DNA of 62,926 bases, counting the filler, from Octopus bimaculoides (taxonomy: Eukaryota): assembly GCF_001194135.2 (NCBI RefSeq). It is 7 parts of 6 records of this genome, joined end to end, with 100 filler letters (N's around TTAATTAATTAA, not from the genome) between each part and the next. Parts side by side here need not be neighbours in the genome. Positions count along the whole stretch, not along the records: positions 33,733 to 39,793 come from NC_069009.1; positions 39,894 to 60,682 come from NC_068997.1; 5 more parts are not named here. One strand, written 5' to 3'. The position numbers and the translations under genes are program-made. Below the pieces are notes generated by a model. The model had not been told where the DNA came from. It made no database searches and saw only the letters and a program-made list of their open reading frames with translations. This document shows positions 37,112 through 50,531 of this stretch, in pieces; the first letter of the stretch is position 1; every line of letters starts with the position of its first letter.

Positions 37112-37771
37112 CACTTAGCACAAGGGTCTACATGAAATATAAAAGTGATGGATTTTCATCTTGATCCTATGAACGTAAGTGTAGAATCAGCTCACTGGTT
37201 TGATGCAGAATAAATAAAATCTCACTTTTCCCTAGATTGGTGTATATTGTTCCATACACTTTATTCCCTTTTACGTGTAAGCGAAAGCAGGGTGTTGTAA
37301 TCGCTCGTCGTTGTGTTTTATCTATGTGTTTTCAACATTACTGGAAAACAGCAGAAATACTCATTGGATGAGTATATCCGCATTGGCTCGAAGTTACAAA
37401 TTTCCCGACATGCAAGCAATCGTATTATTTTTTTTCATTTTCTTTTTCATATGAATCGACCCTCGTATCTTTGCGCGTAGACAAATGTGCATACATACAT
37501 TTATACGTACATACGTAAATACATAAATAGACATGCGACTTTCTGTGCGTGAGCGTGTGAGAACGTGCGTGTGAGAACGTGCGTGTGAGAACGTGCGTGT
37601 GTGTATAGTGATGGATTCGAAGGGTTTTCTTTATTTACCACTTGAATTTTTTTTAATTCCACGGGAGTATAAGTACCTATAATGATGATACTGTGCGCAG
37701 GGTATGCATCAACTCTCCGATGCCTTTATTTTAATTAAAACTATGTATATTTCTTTCCTCCTTATTTTCAG

Positions 37772-38007
37772 ACATCGACGAATGTAGATGCAACAATGGT
37801 GGCTGTCCTTTTCCCTATAGATGTATTAACAAGCCCGGGTCCCACTACTGTGAATGCCCCTTCGGGTTTACAGGTAAAGGGAACTTCTGTCACCTTGTTG
37901 TACCAGAAAATAAACTGAACTTTACTCTCCCAGACAAAAAATCGATTCTACCAAGAGTAACACTACCGCCTGGTCGTGCAGCTCCTGCATCACCACCCAT
38001 AAAATAG
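37772..38007 (+). CDS. Terminal exon: cbEGF domain plus Pro-rich tail
   Basis: ttttcag acceptor in phase 1; (D)IDECRCNNGGCPFPYRCINKPGSHYCECPFGFTGKGNFCHLVVPENKLNFTLPDKKSILPRVTLPPGRAAPASPPIK*; AATAAA at about 38148 and 38309. An alternative donor at 37874 (gtaaag) would cut off the last Cys. Confidence 0.8.
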
Positions 38008-39054
38008 ACGAATTGGCCATAAATGGATTCTTCCCATTGTCCTCAATCGAGTCTGACATGGAATCTAAAAAAACGTCTACAGCAACAACTATCACAACTA
38101 TATTACATAACATAATGGAGTCCTAGATACACATATCCCTACCTGATAATAAAACACATAACACCCTAATCGGATAATTTTTATATCACGTGACCTCTAC
38201 ACTAGACAATCTTCATGCAAGATCACGTGATGACGATCTCACAAACTCACCTTATATCACTGTATTACTTTTATATTTTTTCATTTTATTAACTGAATTG
38301 ACTACTCAAATAAAACAATATTTTAATCGCAAAAATGTCTTTGTCTGTCTTTAGCGACTAAAAGCCAAGGGTAATGTGTGTGTGTGTATGTGTACGTTTG
38401 TGTGTGTATGTGTATGTTTGTGCGTGTGTGTGTGTGTGTGTGTATGTTGTTGTTGCTTCTTGATTCTGGAGCCATGTCTGGCTCATAATCATTGGCGTAT
38501 AGATTCCCCACCTGAACGGGACGCCGGTCCGTCGCAGGTGCAGGAGGAAAGAGTAAGAGAAAGTTGTGGCGAAAGAATCAGCAGAACTTCGCCATTAGCC
38601 TCTGTCGGAGCCATGTGGAGCTTAAGTGTTTCGCCCATAAACACACACGTCGTTCGTCTGAGATTCAAACACGCGATCCCTCAACCGCGAGTACGCTGCT
38701 CTAACCGCTACACCATGTGCCTCCACCTCTCTCTCTCTTATATATATATANNNNNNNNNNNNNNNNNNNNNNNTATATATACCAAGGGACATTTATGCAG
38801 ATATAGCAATTTAAAGGATAAGACTATTACAATAGATAATACTAAGTGGACTTTTCCTTTTTCTCTATCTTTTTCTTTTTTCTTTGTGATGTAATCTTGG
38901 GACTAAAAATGTTTGCGGCTGAAGATAGCTTTAAACCTTCCTTTCTATCAATTATATACTCATATAATGATACAACGACAGTTTGTGTATAAAGCTTGAA
39001 ACACGTGTACCGCGATATCCTTTGTGTTCTATTTTCATTTTACGTTTTAATGAG

Positions 39055-39445
39055 GGGCTGTGTGGTAAGTAGCTTGCTTACCAACCACATGGTTCCGGGT
39101 TCATTCCCACTGCGTGGCACCTTGGGCAAGTGTCTCCTACTATAGCCTCGGACCGACCAAAGCCTTGTGAGTGGATTTGGTAGACAGAAACTGAAAGAAC
39201 CCTGTCGTATATATGCATATATATATATGTTTGTGTGTATGTGTGTCTGTGTTTGTCACCCCAACATCGCTTGACAACCGATGGTGGTGTGTTTACGTCC
39301 CCGTAACTTAGCGGTTCGGCAAAAAGAAACCGATAGAATAAGTACTAGGCATCCAAAGAATAAGTCCTGAGGTCGATTTACTCGACTAAAGGCGGTGCTC
39401 CAGCATGGCCACAGTCAAATGACTGAAACAAGTAAAAGAGTAAAG
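39055..39445 (+). mobile_element. Family A CORE-like SINE, full length
   Basis: Matches 14743-15140 throughout; other copies at about 50155-50319 (-), 54425-54850 (+), 10369-10540 (+), 20265-20400 (-). Confidence 0.9.
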
Positions 39446-39457
39446 AGTATATATATG

Positions 39458-39751
39458 TAGGTATTAACAGTAACTGCTCGATAAAGTGAAGTATATTGCC
39501 ACATAAATGTGGCTGACCCCTAGGGGTGGAAGGGAAATAACCCTGAAACCCGGGTCCGTTCGTGCTACAGATCACGATGAGAGGGATAACTTCCCTTGGC
39601 AAAACAAACAGGACACAGAAGTGTGTCGATAAGCCAGCTGGAGGAGATGTCCTCCTGGGGCTAAAAGCAACAGTAACATCCACCCCTAGGGGTCAGCCAC
39701 ATTTATGTGGCAATATACTTCACTTTATCGTGCAGTTACTGTTAATACCTA
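39458..39751. mobile_element. Foldback element / MITE with 73-bp inverted arms
   Basis: 39458-39530 is the reverse complement of 39679-39751 with 1 mismatch. Confidence 0.9.
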
Positions 39752-39993
39752 ATTTAGAGAATTAACATTGCTTATATATATATATATATATATNNNNNNN
39801 NNNNNNNNNNNNNNNNNNNNNNNNNNNNNNNNNNNNNTTAATTAATTAANNNNNNNNNNNNNNNNNNNNNNNNNNNNNNNNNNNNNNNNNNNNTGTGTGT
39901 GTGTGTGTGTGTGTGCGTGTGCGTGTGTGTGTGTGTGTGTGTATGTGTTAAATAAAATGAGACAACAAAGCCGAGGCTGTGAAGAGAAGGTTA

Positions 39994-40041
39994 ATCTTAC
40001 AGCAGTTTCTGGTATATGAGGTATATCCCTTCATCAGAGAC
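39994..40041 (-). ncRNA. Minimal type I hammerhead ribozyme motif with intact core
   Basis: Minus strand GTCT-CTGATGA-AGGGATATACCTCATATACCA-GAAAC-TGCT-GTA-AGAT; same family as 3909-3956; GUA cleavage triplet. Confidence 0.7.
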
Positions 40042-41213
40042 GATTTGAGATGGTTAAATAGAGAGAAATGCTAAAGTTCAATATAAGGAGTTATTTTGGA
40101 AAAAAGATGGAAATGAAAAGTGTAATCTTGAAACAAAAAGAACACACTGAATAATTCATATAACTGGTATTCTATATCGGTTACGACGACAATGGTTCCA
40201 GTTGATCTGATTAACGGAACAGCCTGCTCGTGAAATTAACGTGCATATAGTTGAGCCTTCCTCAGACAAGTCTACCCTTAGCGTAGTTCTCAGGGAGATT
40301 CAGCGTGACACAGAGTTTGACCTTTGCAATAAAGGTACTATTTTTTTTATCAGCTGAATGAACTGGATCAACGTGCAAGGACATAACGCGTCGCCAGGAA
40401 TTGAACTCACGACCTTACGACGTGAACCGAATACCCTCTAACCACTAAGCCACGCACCTTCGCCATTGAATAAAGTAGATATATGTAAAGAGAAAAACTG
40501 TTAGCTAGGCGTAGTAATATATCTGAAACAATAGACTTTAGATGCTCGCGTAGTCCTTCGTTTGACTACTCCTTTATACTCATCAAGAACTGACCGCGGG
40601 TTGTTCAACATTGATGCGTGGCGTATAATTTATATTTTAATTTCAATCAAAATATCAAAATCGTTAATGAGCGAATCCAAGATATTTTCTAGAATTAATT
40701 TATATCTGTGTTACAGAAAGAAAGAAATAAAAGTTATTATCTACTTAATACTTCTTCAACCTTTAAGATGATGTCCCACCAAGAAAGAAACAAGTGCTCG
40801 GTGAGTGGATTTCATTTCAGCAACTTAGATACGAAAGAAATTCAGACGAATTTTCTAAACGCGATATTCTTCTGTTTCCGTCTATTTCAGAGCCTTGCTG
40901 TCTGGATATTGATTTTTGAGGAAGAAATACTATAGTTGACTGACGCCACTCTCGTATGTAACTGCTACTTATTTAAGGAGGAAATATGAAAGACGTAGAC
41001 AAACTTACAAGGATTTGAAAAGCGATATCAATCTCCAGGTGATCTCAAATTTGAATGTAATGGGATTTATGAAAATTCTCTACATTATCTTCTACGAAGC
41101 AGACATAGCTTAAATATACAAGTTTTGCATTAACACCTGTACAAGCATGTTTGGAGAAAGATTATGAATAGTTTTCATTATGTCAATAATAAATTGTTAA
41201 TGTAGCGTCACTA

Positions 41214-41263
<50 letters not shown>

Positions 41264-42122
41264 ATTATAACTTGTAAATGATATCGAGTATATGAAATAC
41301 GAATTCAATCCAGAGGAAATTTGAATTCATCACGGAAATAACTATAAGTGTAAGTTAAAAACATCTATATCTTCTCCTCAATTCAGCAAAGATTTGGTGC
41401 CAAACTTTATGTTTTTAAAAGGTGCATAATTTCAGGTATTATGGAGTGGGTTAAATAAAACCATGTTGGCTTATAGTTAATAGTTCCATGCTCGTAGACG
41501 ATTCTTGAAGTTACTTGAACGAGTTAGTTGTTTGTGGAATTATGTATCCAGGAAAATGATCTAAGAAGAGTGACTAGTGACGTATTAAAATAACACTAGT
41601 GAATAAGGCATATGAAATTCCATTCGATATAAATTCGTGATTTATTGAAATTACTTAAGATTCCAGAGAAAGTAAAACAATCGTCTGGTGAATATTGGAA
41701 CTGAATCCAAATTAGAATGGAAAATAATCTCAAAAATCAATAATATTCCAAAACTGACATGCTACTGAAGATAATTCTATGGAATTTAATGTAAATTTCG
41801 TTATTTTTGTTGTCCAAAAGCATACCACAACATTTTCTGAGTAGTCGCTCTTAGCACATTTTCATTTATAATATGGATATATTCTAAGTAATAGATTTTT
41901 CTTCTTTGCTTATATCTAAAAAGCCAATTTGTTGAAGAGTACAGTCCTGGTGACGCATACTGAGGGGAAAAAAAACATGACCACAGCTGCCATCACGTGT
42001 CACAATTTTTCTTAATAGTAATTTTTATTGTGGAGATATCTTGATTCTTGTAATTACCAGTATGTCTCATTTGGAGTTGGCCCCAGTTCCAACATGACGA
42101 TTATTTAAAATTATTCGGAACA

Positions 42123-42207
<85 letters not shown>

Positions 42208-43432
42208 GTGAATATATAACACATGATTGCGACAGCGTCTATGTGGAAGTGAGCTCACAGAATGTCCAAAATGCGCATATCAGTATGTATATGTGTGCNN
42301 NNNNNNNNAGGCACCCGAAAGGATAGGTGATCAAAATCAAAAAATAAGCAACACGGATTTCAAAGGTGATTGCAGTACGCACGTTTCATGCTACTCCAAT
42401 TTATGTAAGTAATGCGAGCATTACATTAAATGCAATATGAAGAGCAATCTTCAGTTGCACGAAAATGCAGAAAATTACTGTAGAAAAGACATATTGTAAA
42501 TGTGGCAACATTTCAAATCCAAGTGGGAGAGAGAATACATAAAAATCCAAATGTGAGGAAGAATACATACATCCATCTTGACATAGCCGAGTCTATCAGG
42601 CTAGTAATCGATTCTAGACAAAAGTTTTAACTGTCTCAGATTTTATTGTTTCTTATCTAGTGGTGATAGCATAAGGGACAATTACTTCTAAAGAGAGGGA
42701 AGGTGTAAGCAGTATGCATGGACAAGGCTATAAAATGTATTAGAATATAAAGGTTTCACTGGTCATAGTAGTATCAGGTCATTTTACTACTATCAAAATG
42801 TTGAGGAATTACAACCCTAGGTATATGGGTCAAATAGGTTTTTTTATTTTAGTCTGAATAGAGTAATAGTATTGTAGTACAGATAACAATAATACTTTAA
42901 CCAATATTTTCACAATAAGAGATATGTTAATAAAATAAATAAAAAAATAAAAAGAGATGTAATTATTTTCCACAAAAATCATGAAATAATGTTCAGGGGC
43001 TCTGGATAGGGTGTAAAGTTTAAGGATATTGAGTATATTGGGTTCAAGAAAACTATTTTGAATTATCTTAAAAAAATTATAGCTGAAGATAAGATAATGA
43101 TACTATTTAGGAGACACATAGGTAAGCTTTATTTATATAATGTGAATAAAAAATAAAAATTATTATCGGATTTATATTAGTTTATAATAATGCGTTTACT
43201 AAGGTTTAAGGGACTGAAAAAAGAAAGGATGTTAGGAAATAACAAGGATATTCAATACAGGAATCTGATGATTGATTTAAGTAGATTAGATGTTAAAATG
43301 AGAGATCAGGAATATATGTTATAAAGGTTCAATTACCAATATAAATATATGCTAATTGATAGTCCTAGATGACCATAATAGAAGTAAAGTAGTATAATTT
43401 GATAACTTTAGTTACTTAATAAAGGCCTATTT

Positions 43433-44866
43433 TTAAAAAAAATTTAAAGTGCGAGTAGAGCAGTGTACACATGATACCCTAAGGTCTAATCTATTATTGA
43501 TTAGATTAGGATTATTTCTAAGTTTAAAAATTTCATATATTTCCATAGAACACAATTCACATCCATATCTATTATTTCTATAAGGTTGAGCTTTTCTTAT
43601 AATTTCCCATTTAAGGCTAAAATTAATACCATTATCTTTTAACTCCCAAATTTTGCTTGCCAATGTCGTACTATTTGCCTTATGTCTAAGTCTAAACGAA
43701 GACCTATGGTTATATATTCTCTGTTTTAGGTTAATACTACATCCTATATAAATATAATTATCGGTTATAGTACTAATGATGCATCTGTACACTACGTTAC
43801 GGGTGCAACAAAATCCAAATAAAGGACAATGGGACTTTTTTCTACAGTTACACATGATGGGGTTATCAACCCCACCTATATTATTTCTAATATCTCTATT
43901 ATTATTATTATTATTACTACAATTATTTACACTAATATCATTTATCAATTCTTCAATTCTATTATTAGGTATATATTGATTATTACCATCATTATTTAAT
44001 TCATTTCTTGATGTGCTATCAGTTGGACTTATTCTTTCCACATTAGGCATATTGATATTATATGAACTAGGTCCTTGATCACTATTATTTCTATTGGAGT
44101 TGGGCCTATCATCAACTTCAGTTAGAACCGCAACGTCATTACTGATGCATTCTATTTGTTGGTTGAAATTATGGTTGGTAGGGCTAAGTATATTGTTACT
44201 ATCTTCATAATTTCTTTTGCCATTGTTATTTTCACTTCTATTTGTATAATTATTAGTAGCATCATTATAGGTATTAGCTAGATTATTATGTGTATTCATA
44301 TGACCACTATTTATAACTTCATTTATTCTACCTGACTTGATGTTCTTTTTGTTTAACCTAGCTCTGATTGTACCTACATTAGGAAGGGTAGAGTAAGAAA
44401 TTCTGACTGTATGACAAGAGAAGATTTTACTATATGTGTAGGAGGAAGGGAAACTTTTTGTAAGATATTCATGAATTTTTTGTAAATATTTGTGGATATT
44501 GCACAGTTGAAGGGTATATTTAACCAGATAGAATTTTTATTTTTTCTCTTAAATTTATTGCGTGGGTGAGTATGGGATATACTATGATTACTATTACTTC
44601 CCAGAACAATATTATTATTATGATTAGTAGTTCTTTTAGTTGTGGGATGCTTATTATTTTTATCATTTGATTCAACATTACTGTCTACTAACATAGGTTT
44701 ATTACTAGTGTTAGCATGTAGTTTACTATTAAAATGCACTTTATTACTTTTCTTATTAGTTAGATTTTTAGGTAAATAGGGCTGCTTATTATTTGGTCCA
44801 TTACTATTTCTACTTAAGTTATTAGGTCTGTTATAACACCTATGATTATTATTATTATTATTATCT

Positions 44867-44870
<4 letters not shown>
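43433..44870 (-). mobile_element. Penelope-like element fragment: post-RT linker plus GIY-YIG endonuclease, one frameshift, no RT visible
   Basis: 43433-43852 encodes CNCRKKSHCPLFGFC..NVVYRC..YIYIGCSINLKQRIYNHRSSF..WELK..WEII..CELC..E..I..LINNR. Upstream RKNKNSIWLNIPF..STNIYKKFMNIL (44374-44979 frame) continues as KSFP..SKIFSCHTVRISYSTLPN after a 1-nt slip in the A5 run at 44455-44459. Confidence 0.88.
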
Positions 44871-44904
<34 letters not shown>

Positions 44905-46059
44905 CATATGTATGTATACATATGTATGTATACATATATGTATATTTATATATATATGTGCATATATATATGTACACATATATATACATATATATATTTA
45001 TATATATGTGTGTATATATATATGTATATATATGTGTGTGTGTGTGTGTGGGTGTGCGTGTGTGTGTGGGTGTGCGTGTGTGTGTGTATTATGTTTGTAT
45101 ACTTACACACGTAGACGCGCGCAAACACAGAGACATATGCATTGGTAATTTAAATGTCACTAAAACAAGTGTTTCTGAGTAAAGTTACCATGGATATTAA
45201 AACAATCCCAAGCTACCAATAACTGCAACCACAACAATAACAACAACTACAACATAACAGCAGCAACAGCAACAGCAACAACAATAACAATAATAATAAT
45301 AATAATCATAGGCACACTAAACTTAACTGTCAGATCGTTTTGACGCTTAAATTCGTTATAGATCAGTCAAAGTCTATCAACGTCAGCTTTCCGTGAGAAC
45401 ATACACGAGCTTCTTTTTTTGGTTCTATATTATATGCTTTCAGGTGCATTTGTTTATTAATGCTTAGTACTTGTTAAAGCGATTTGAAAGTAGGATCTTT
45501 GTATTTCTCATTCCACCATTTTATTCTATTGCTCTGTGTTTTTATACACCCATGAAAATATAATTTGATGAAAAAGTCTTCTCGAATGAATAGATATTAA
45601 TGTAGGAAGTGTTGTCATTTTTTTGTTGTTTTTATGTGTGTATAGTGTGTGTATGTGTATGTGTGAATATGTGTTTGCGCTTTAATATACATTTGCATGT
45701 ATGCGTATATACATGTGTGACATATTTCTAAATCAGAAGAAGAGTTTATAAGGTGACTCAAGGGTCAAAAGTTTCATGCATATTACTTAACAGATTGAAA
45801 GTATTCGACTGCTATTTTTCTCTCTGTGTGTGCGTATGAGTGGGGGGTTGTGGCTGTGGAGCGTTTGGTTTTGATGAGTTGGGAGGTATGTCTGTTTGTG
45901 TGCGTATGTACATGCATATATACATACATATATANNNNNNNNNNNNNNNNNNNNNNNNNNNNNNNNNNNNNNNNNNNNNNNNNNNNNNNNNNNNNNNNNN
46001 NNNNNNNNNNNNNNNNNNNNNNNNNNNNNNNNNNNNNNNNNNNNNNNNNNNNNNNNNNN

Positions 46060-46093
<34 letters not shown>

Positions 46094-46217
46094 GACCCTG
46101 ATATTCATAGATGGTTTTGCCTGATAGATTCTTGCCCGTTTTCGCAAATTGGTCTCAGTACATGTGTAGTTACTCGCTGACAGAGTAACGTTTTTGAATC
46201 TCTCATTTTCCGCGCAG

Positions 46218-46319
46218 CAGACCAGAGAGGATGTTACCACTGTAGAGACAGAAGACAATACCACCCTCGAACGAGTGGTTGTCATTTTCAGCCGAATCGG
46301 CAAGAGCACTTTGAATTGA
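46218..46319 (+). CDS. Possible unrecognised terminal coding exon
   Basis: Pyrimidine tract then cagcag; QTREDVTTVETEDNTTLERVVVIFSRIGKSTLN*; locally higher GC; no family recognised. Confidence 0.25.
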   Translation, partial: QTREDVTTVETEDNTTLERVVVIFSRIGKSTLN

Positions 46320-46758
46320 TACGCTTCCTGAATGTAACGACAGAGAGCCCGGTTTCTAAAACAGAAAGCAACACCTTATGATTGAGTGTTAAGCACTCTA
46401 AATACCTAGCCACTGACCTTTATGTACAGGTGCACATACACAAACGAACTCACACACGCACACACATGTGTGTACATGTGTATTTAAGCATGCCTGAGTC
46501 TGTGCGCGCGTGTATGTGTATATTTCTAACAAGAGCGTCTTCTATGATGTACATTATTTTTGTTTTGATATGCGCTTGTTTTGCGCATAATGGTATCAGA
46601 GACCACTATTGGCTTCATGTGCACATATTTACATATATGTGTGTGTGTCTGCGCGCGCGCACGTGGGTATTTATATATGTACATACATTTATATAAATGT
46701 ATATATGTATATGTATGTATATATATATATATATATATATATACATACGTATATATAA

Positions 46759-46795
<37 letters not shown>

Positions 46796-49700
46796 CATAT
46801 GTATGTTTGTGTGTATGTATGTATGTAGGTAGGTAGGTAGGTAGGTTGGTAGGTAGGTAGGTAGGTTGGTTGGTTGGTAGGTACGTACGTACGTATGCAT
46901 ACACGGATGAATGTATGGTGATACATATAAATATTTAAGAGAATATCTCCCTGAATGTAAACTCTATAAATAAATATATTGTGAATGTAAAAAAGGAAAT
47001 CTGACAATTTGCGCGTTATAATTCTAAAAGAATGGAGTAACAAATACCTGATACGCCAACATGGTAATCTGTAAATACGGGATAATACATCACCATATAT
47101 ATATATATATATATATATATGACTGTTGATACACACATACGTCTATATATATATGTACGTATGTTCAATGCATTTGTATATGTATGAACATTTATATGCA
47201 TGTGTTTTATTTTGTTTTATATTTTTTCATTTTTTAATGTAATCTATGTCCGTGTTGTATATTCCCGTGTGAGTGTTTTAGAATGAATATTAGTGTTATT
47301 ATGTATGTACGTCAGCAACCATATGTATCTGTATATATATNNNNNNNNNNNNNNNNNNNNNNNNNNNNNNNNNNNNNNNNNNNNNNNNNNNNNNNNNNNN
47401 NNNNNNNNNNNNNNNNNNNNNNNNNNNNNNNNNNNNNNNNNNNNNNNNNNNNNNNNNNNNNNNNNNNNNNNNNNNNNNNNNNNNNNNNNNNNNNNNNNNN
47501 NNNNNNNNNNNNNNNNNNNNNNNNNNNNNNNNNNNNNNNNNNNNNNNNNNNNNNNNNNNNNNNNNNNNNNNNNNNNNNNNNNNNNNNNNNNNNNNNNNNN
47601 NNNNNNNNNNNNNNNNNNNNNNNNNNNNNNNNNNNNNNNNNNNNNNNNNNNNNNNNNNNNNNNNNNNNNNNNNNNNNNNNNNNNNNNNNNNNNNNNNNNN
47701 NNNNNNNNNNNNNNNNNNNNNNNNNNNNNNNNNNNNNNNNNNNNNNNNNNNNNNNNNNNNNNNNNNNNNNNNNNNNNNNNNNNNNNNNNNNNNNNNNNNN
47801 NNNNNNNNNNNNNNNNNNNNNNNNNNNNNNNNNNNNNNNNNNNNNNNNNNNNNNNNNNNNNNNNNNNNNNNNNNNNNNNNNNNNNNNNNNNNNNNNNNNN
47901 NNNNNNNNNNNNNNNNNNNNTATATATATATACATGCATATACGTGTATACATGGTGCTACTGATACATGGAATTGACAACTTTAGCTTTCACAAATATA
48001 CACATAAACACTCATGTACAAACACACATGGACATAAATATATACTCTACGAATAAATAACTTTTACATATATGCCCAAACGACTATATACATATACATT
48101 AACTTTTCTTTTTTTTCATCATTAATATATCGTATTTTTTTCTCCGTGTTGAATCTAGAATTTTTATGTTCTTCAATACATAATCAATAAATTTACTTGT
48201 CCCCATGGAATCTTCCATAGTGAAGGCAAAAAAAAATAATAATAAAAACGTGTGGTAACAAAGAAAAATTCATATTTAATTTTCATATATTTCCACCGCT
48301 CCTTCACAAATAGTTGCAAATCATCTAACCAGATTGCTGCATCTCTATATGTACGCATTGCTTTAATGTATGTATGTAGGTAAGTACGTACTTATGTACG
48401 TAGTTATGTATCTATGCATGTATGTACATGTTTTTGTGTAAGTATGTATATGTTTTTGTGTATATGTATGTGTGCGTGAATATATTACTTTGTTTTTTTT
48501 TTTCACTATTTCATTCTGCTCCTGGATTTAGTAATTTGACGTTGGACCCAGAACTGATTTCTACCTGATACTTATTTTATCGATCTCTCTTTATTAAATT
48601 GCTAATTTACGGTTGATAAAATGTCACGACTGGACTCACCAGTTCACACAGGTAAACATAAATACAAACAGGCAAATACATATTAGGTGTAAGACACAGT
48701 GTGTGTGTCTGTGTGTATGTGTGTTTGTGAGTGTGTGCGTGCCTGTCTGTGTGAGCATGTGTATATGTGTGATTGTATAATATAACGGGAATCGCTGTTG
48801 TACCATGAAACTTAAATTACACATTTGTATATATAATGTAATGTATAAACCCACACAAATGCACATACACACCTCCTTCTCTCTCTATCTTTCTCTCTTT
48901 CTCTCTCACACACACACTTAATCTCATAGATTCTCATACTGTATTTGTCTACTTCTCTCACGTACACAGGCTTTCTCTGATACACACACATACTCTATCT
49001 CGCCGCTCACTCTCTCACTCACGCATACATACATTCACAGAATCACATGTGTAAACTACCAATTTTCACTTAGTTCCTGAATCACAAATTGTACCCACAA
49101 CTTATTCTTTGCACTAGCATAGTATGCTGTGAATGGGAGCAACATGGTCGGAATCGGTTTTCTTAATCACACTCTTAAGTACCCACCTCTTTGCAATATG
49201 CTTTTATGCACGTATGAATGCATATATTAATCTATGCAAAGGGGATTTATATACCTTTTTGTGTGCATTTATACATCTTGTGAACTTATATATGTATGCA
49301 TTCATATATGTATCTACCTATGAATATATACTTTTTTTGTAAGGTGACAAAGAAACTGTTTACACATATATAAGGTCTTGATATAACATTGGTATTTGCA
49401 AAGGCTATAAGCTGGCAGAACCGTTAGCACCCCGGGCGAAATGCTTAGCGGTATTTCGTCTGTCTTTACGTTCTGAGTTCAAATTCCGCCGAGGTCGACT
49501 TCGCCTTTCATCCTTTCAGGGTCGATAAATTAAGTACCTGCTGGGTACCGGGTTCGATCTAATCGATTGCCTCTCCCCTCCAATTTTTCGAGCCGTCTGC
49601 CTAGAATACAAAAGAATATTGGTATTTGCAAGAGCCAATTCATAATTAAACTTCAGACGCCAAACAATGTATATTTTTGTGATGAAGCTTGAAACTTGTT

Positions 49701-50419
49701 CAAGTAAAGTTATGATCAAGTGTGTTTCAGTCCTCATAGTCCAAAGCTTCAAAACATGTGAGAAAACGAACCCTTCCTGTGTGGAAGAAAAAAATAGGAA
49801 AATTGGTTATTATGTCTTACAGTTAACGGAATCATATTCATACCCCCTCGTTAACTCGTGTATGCACAATACTGTGCTTTAAATTAACGAGTCGTAAATT
49901 CCTACATAGTCGCGTACAGACGTGGGGTAGGGATATACTTCATGGATGAATTCAGAATCAAAGAGGAATGAATCATGAGTTGTTACCACTGCTTCACAGA
50001 AAACAATGCAAAATACTATATGCCAATGAGTATTTTAGTTAGTTTGTCTTGTGTCCCTTGGCCTATAGTTAATATCAGTTAGATTCATAACGCTTCTTCC
50101 ATGACAGAACTTAAAAGAAATATACATATATACACACATATATATACATATATATACGACGGGCTTCTTTCAGTTTCCGTCTACTAAATCCACTCACAAG
50201 GTTTTGGTCGGCCCGAGGCTATAGTAGAAGACACTTGACCAAGGTACCACGCAGTGGGACTGAACCCGGAACCACGTGGTTGGTAAGCAAGCTACTTATC
50301 ACACAGCCACTCCCGCGCCATATAAATAAATATCTATATGTGTGTGTATATATATATATATTTTTTTATTATATGTATTTATTTTCTCCTAGTAATAAAT
50401 AACTCGGATAAAATAAATT

Positions 50420-50495
<76 letters not shown>

Positions 50496-50496
50496 C

Positions 50497-50531
<35 letters not shown>

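Noticed and set aside
37548-37600. 14-bp tandem GTGAGAACGTGCGT x3
   Set aside because: Simple slippage inside a TG-rich tract; nothing suggests function.
21693-38007. UBE2T exon and EGF exons as one gene (compatible phase 1 junctions)
   Set aside because: Three synthetic pads intervene and a cytosolic E2 N-terminus fused to secreted EGF repeats is implausible.
42753-42777. CTGATAC...GTGAAAC on minus downstream of the PLE endonuclease as its hammerhead
   Set aside because: The core is not CTGANGA and no convincing stems I or III were found.
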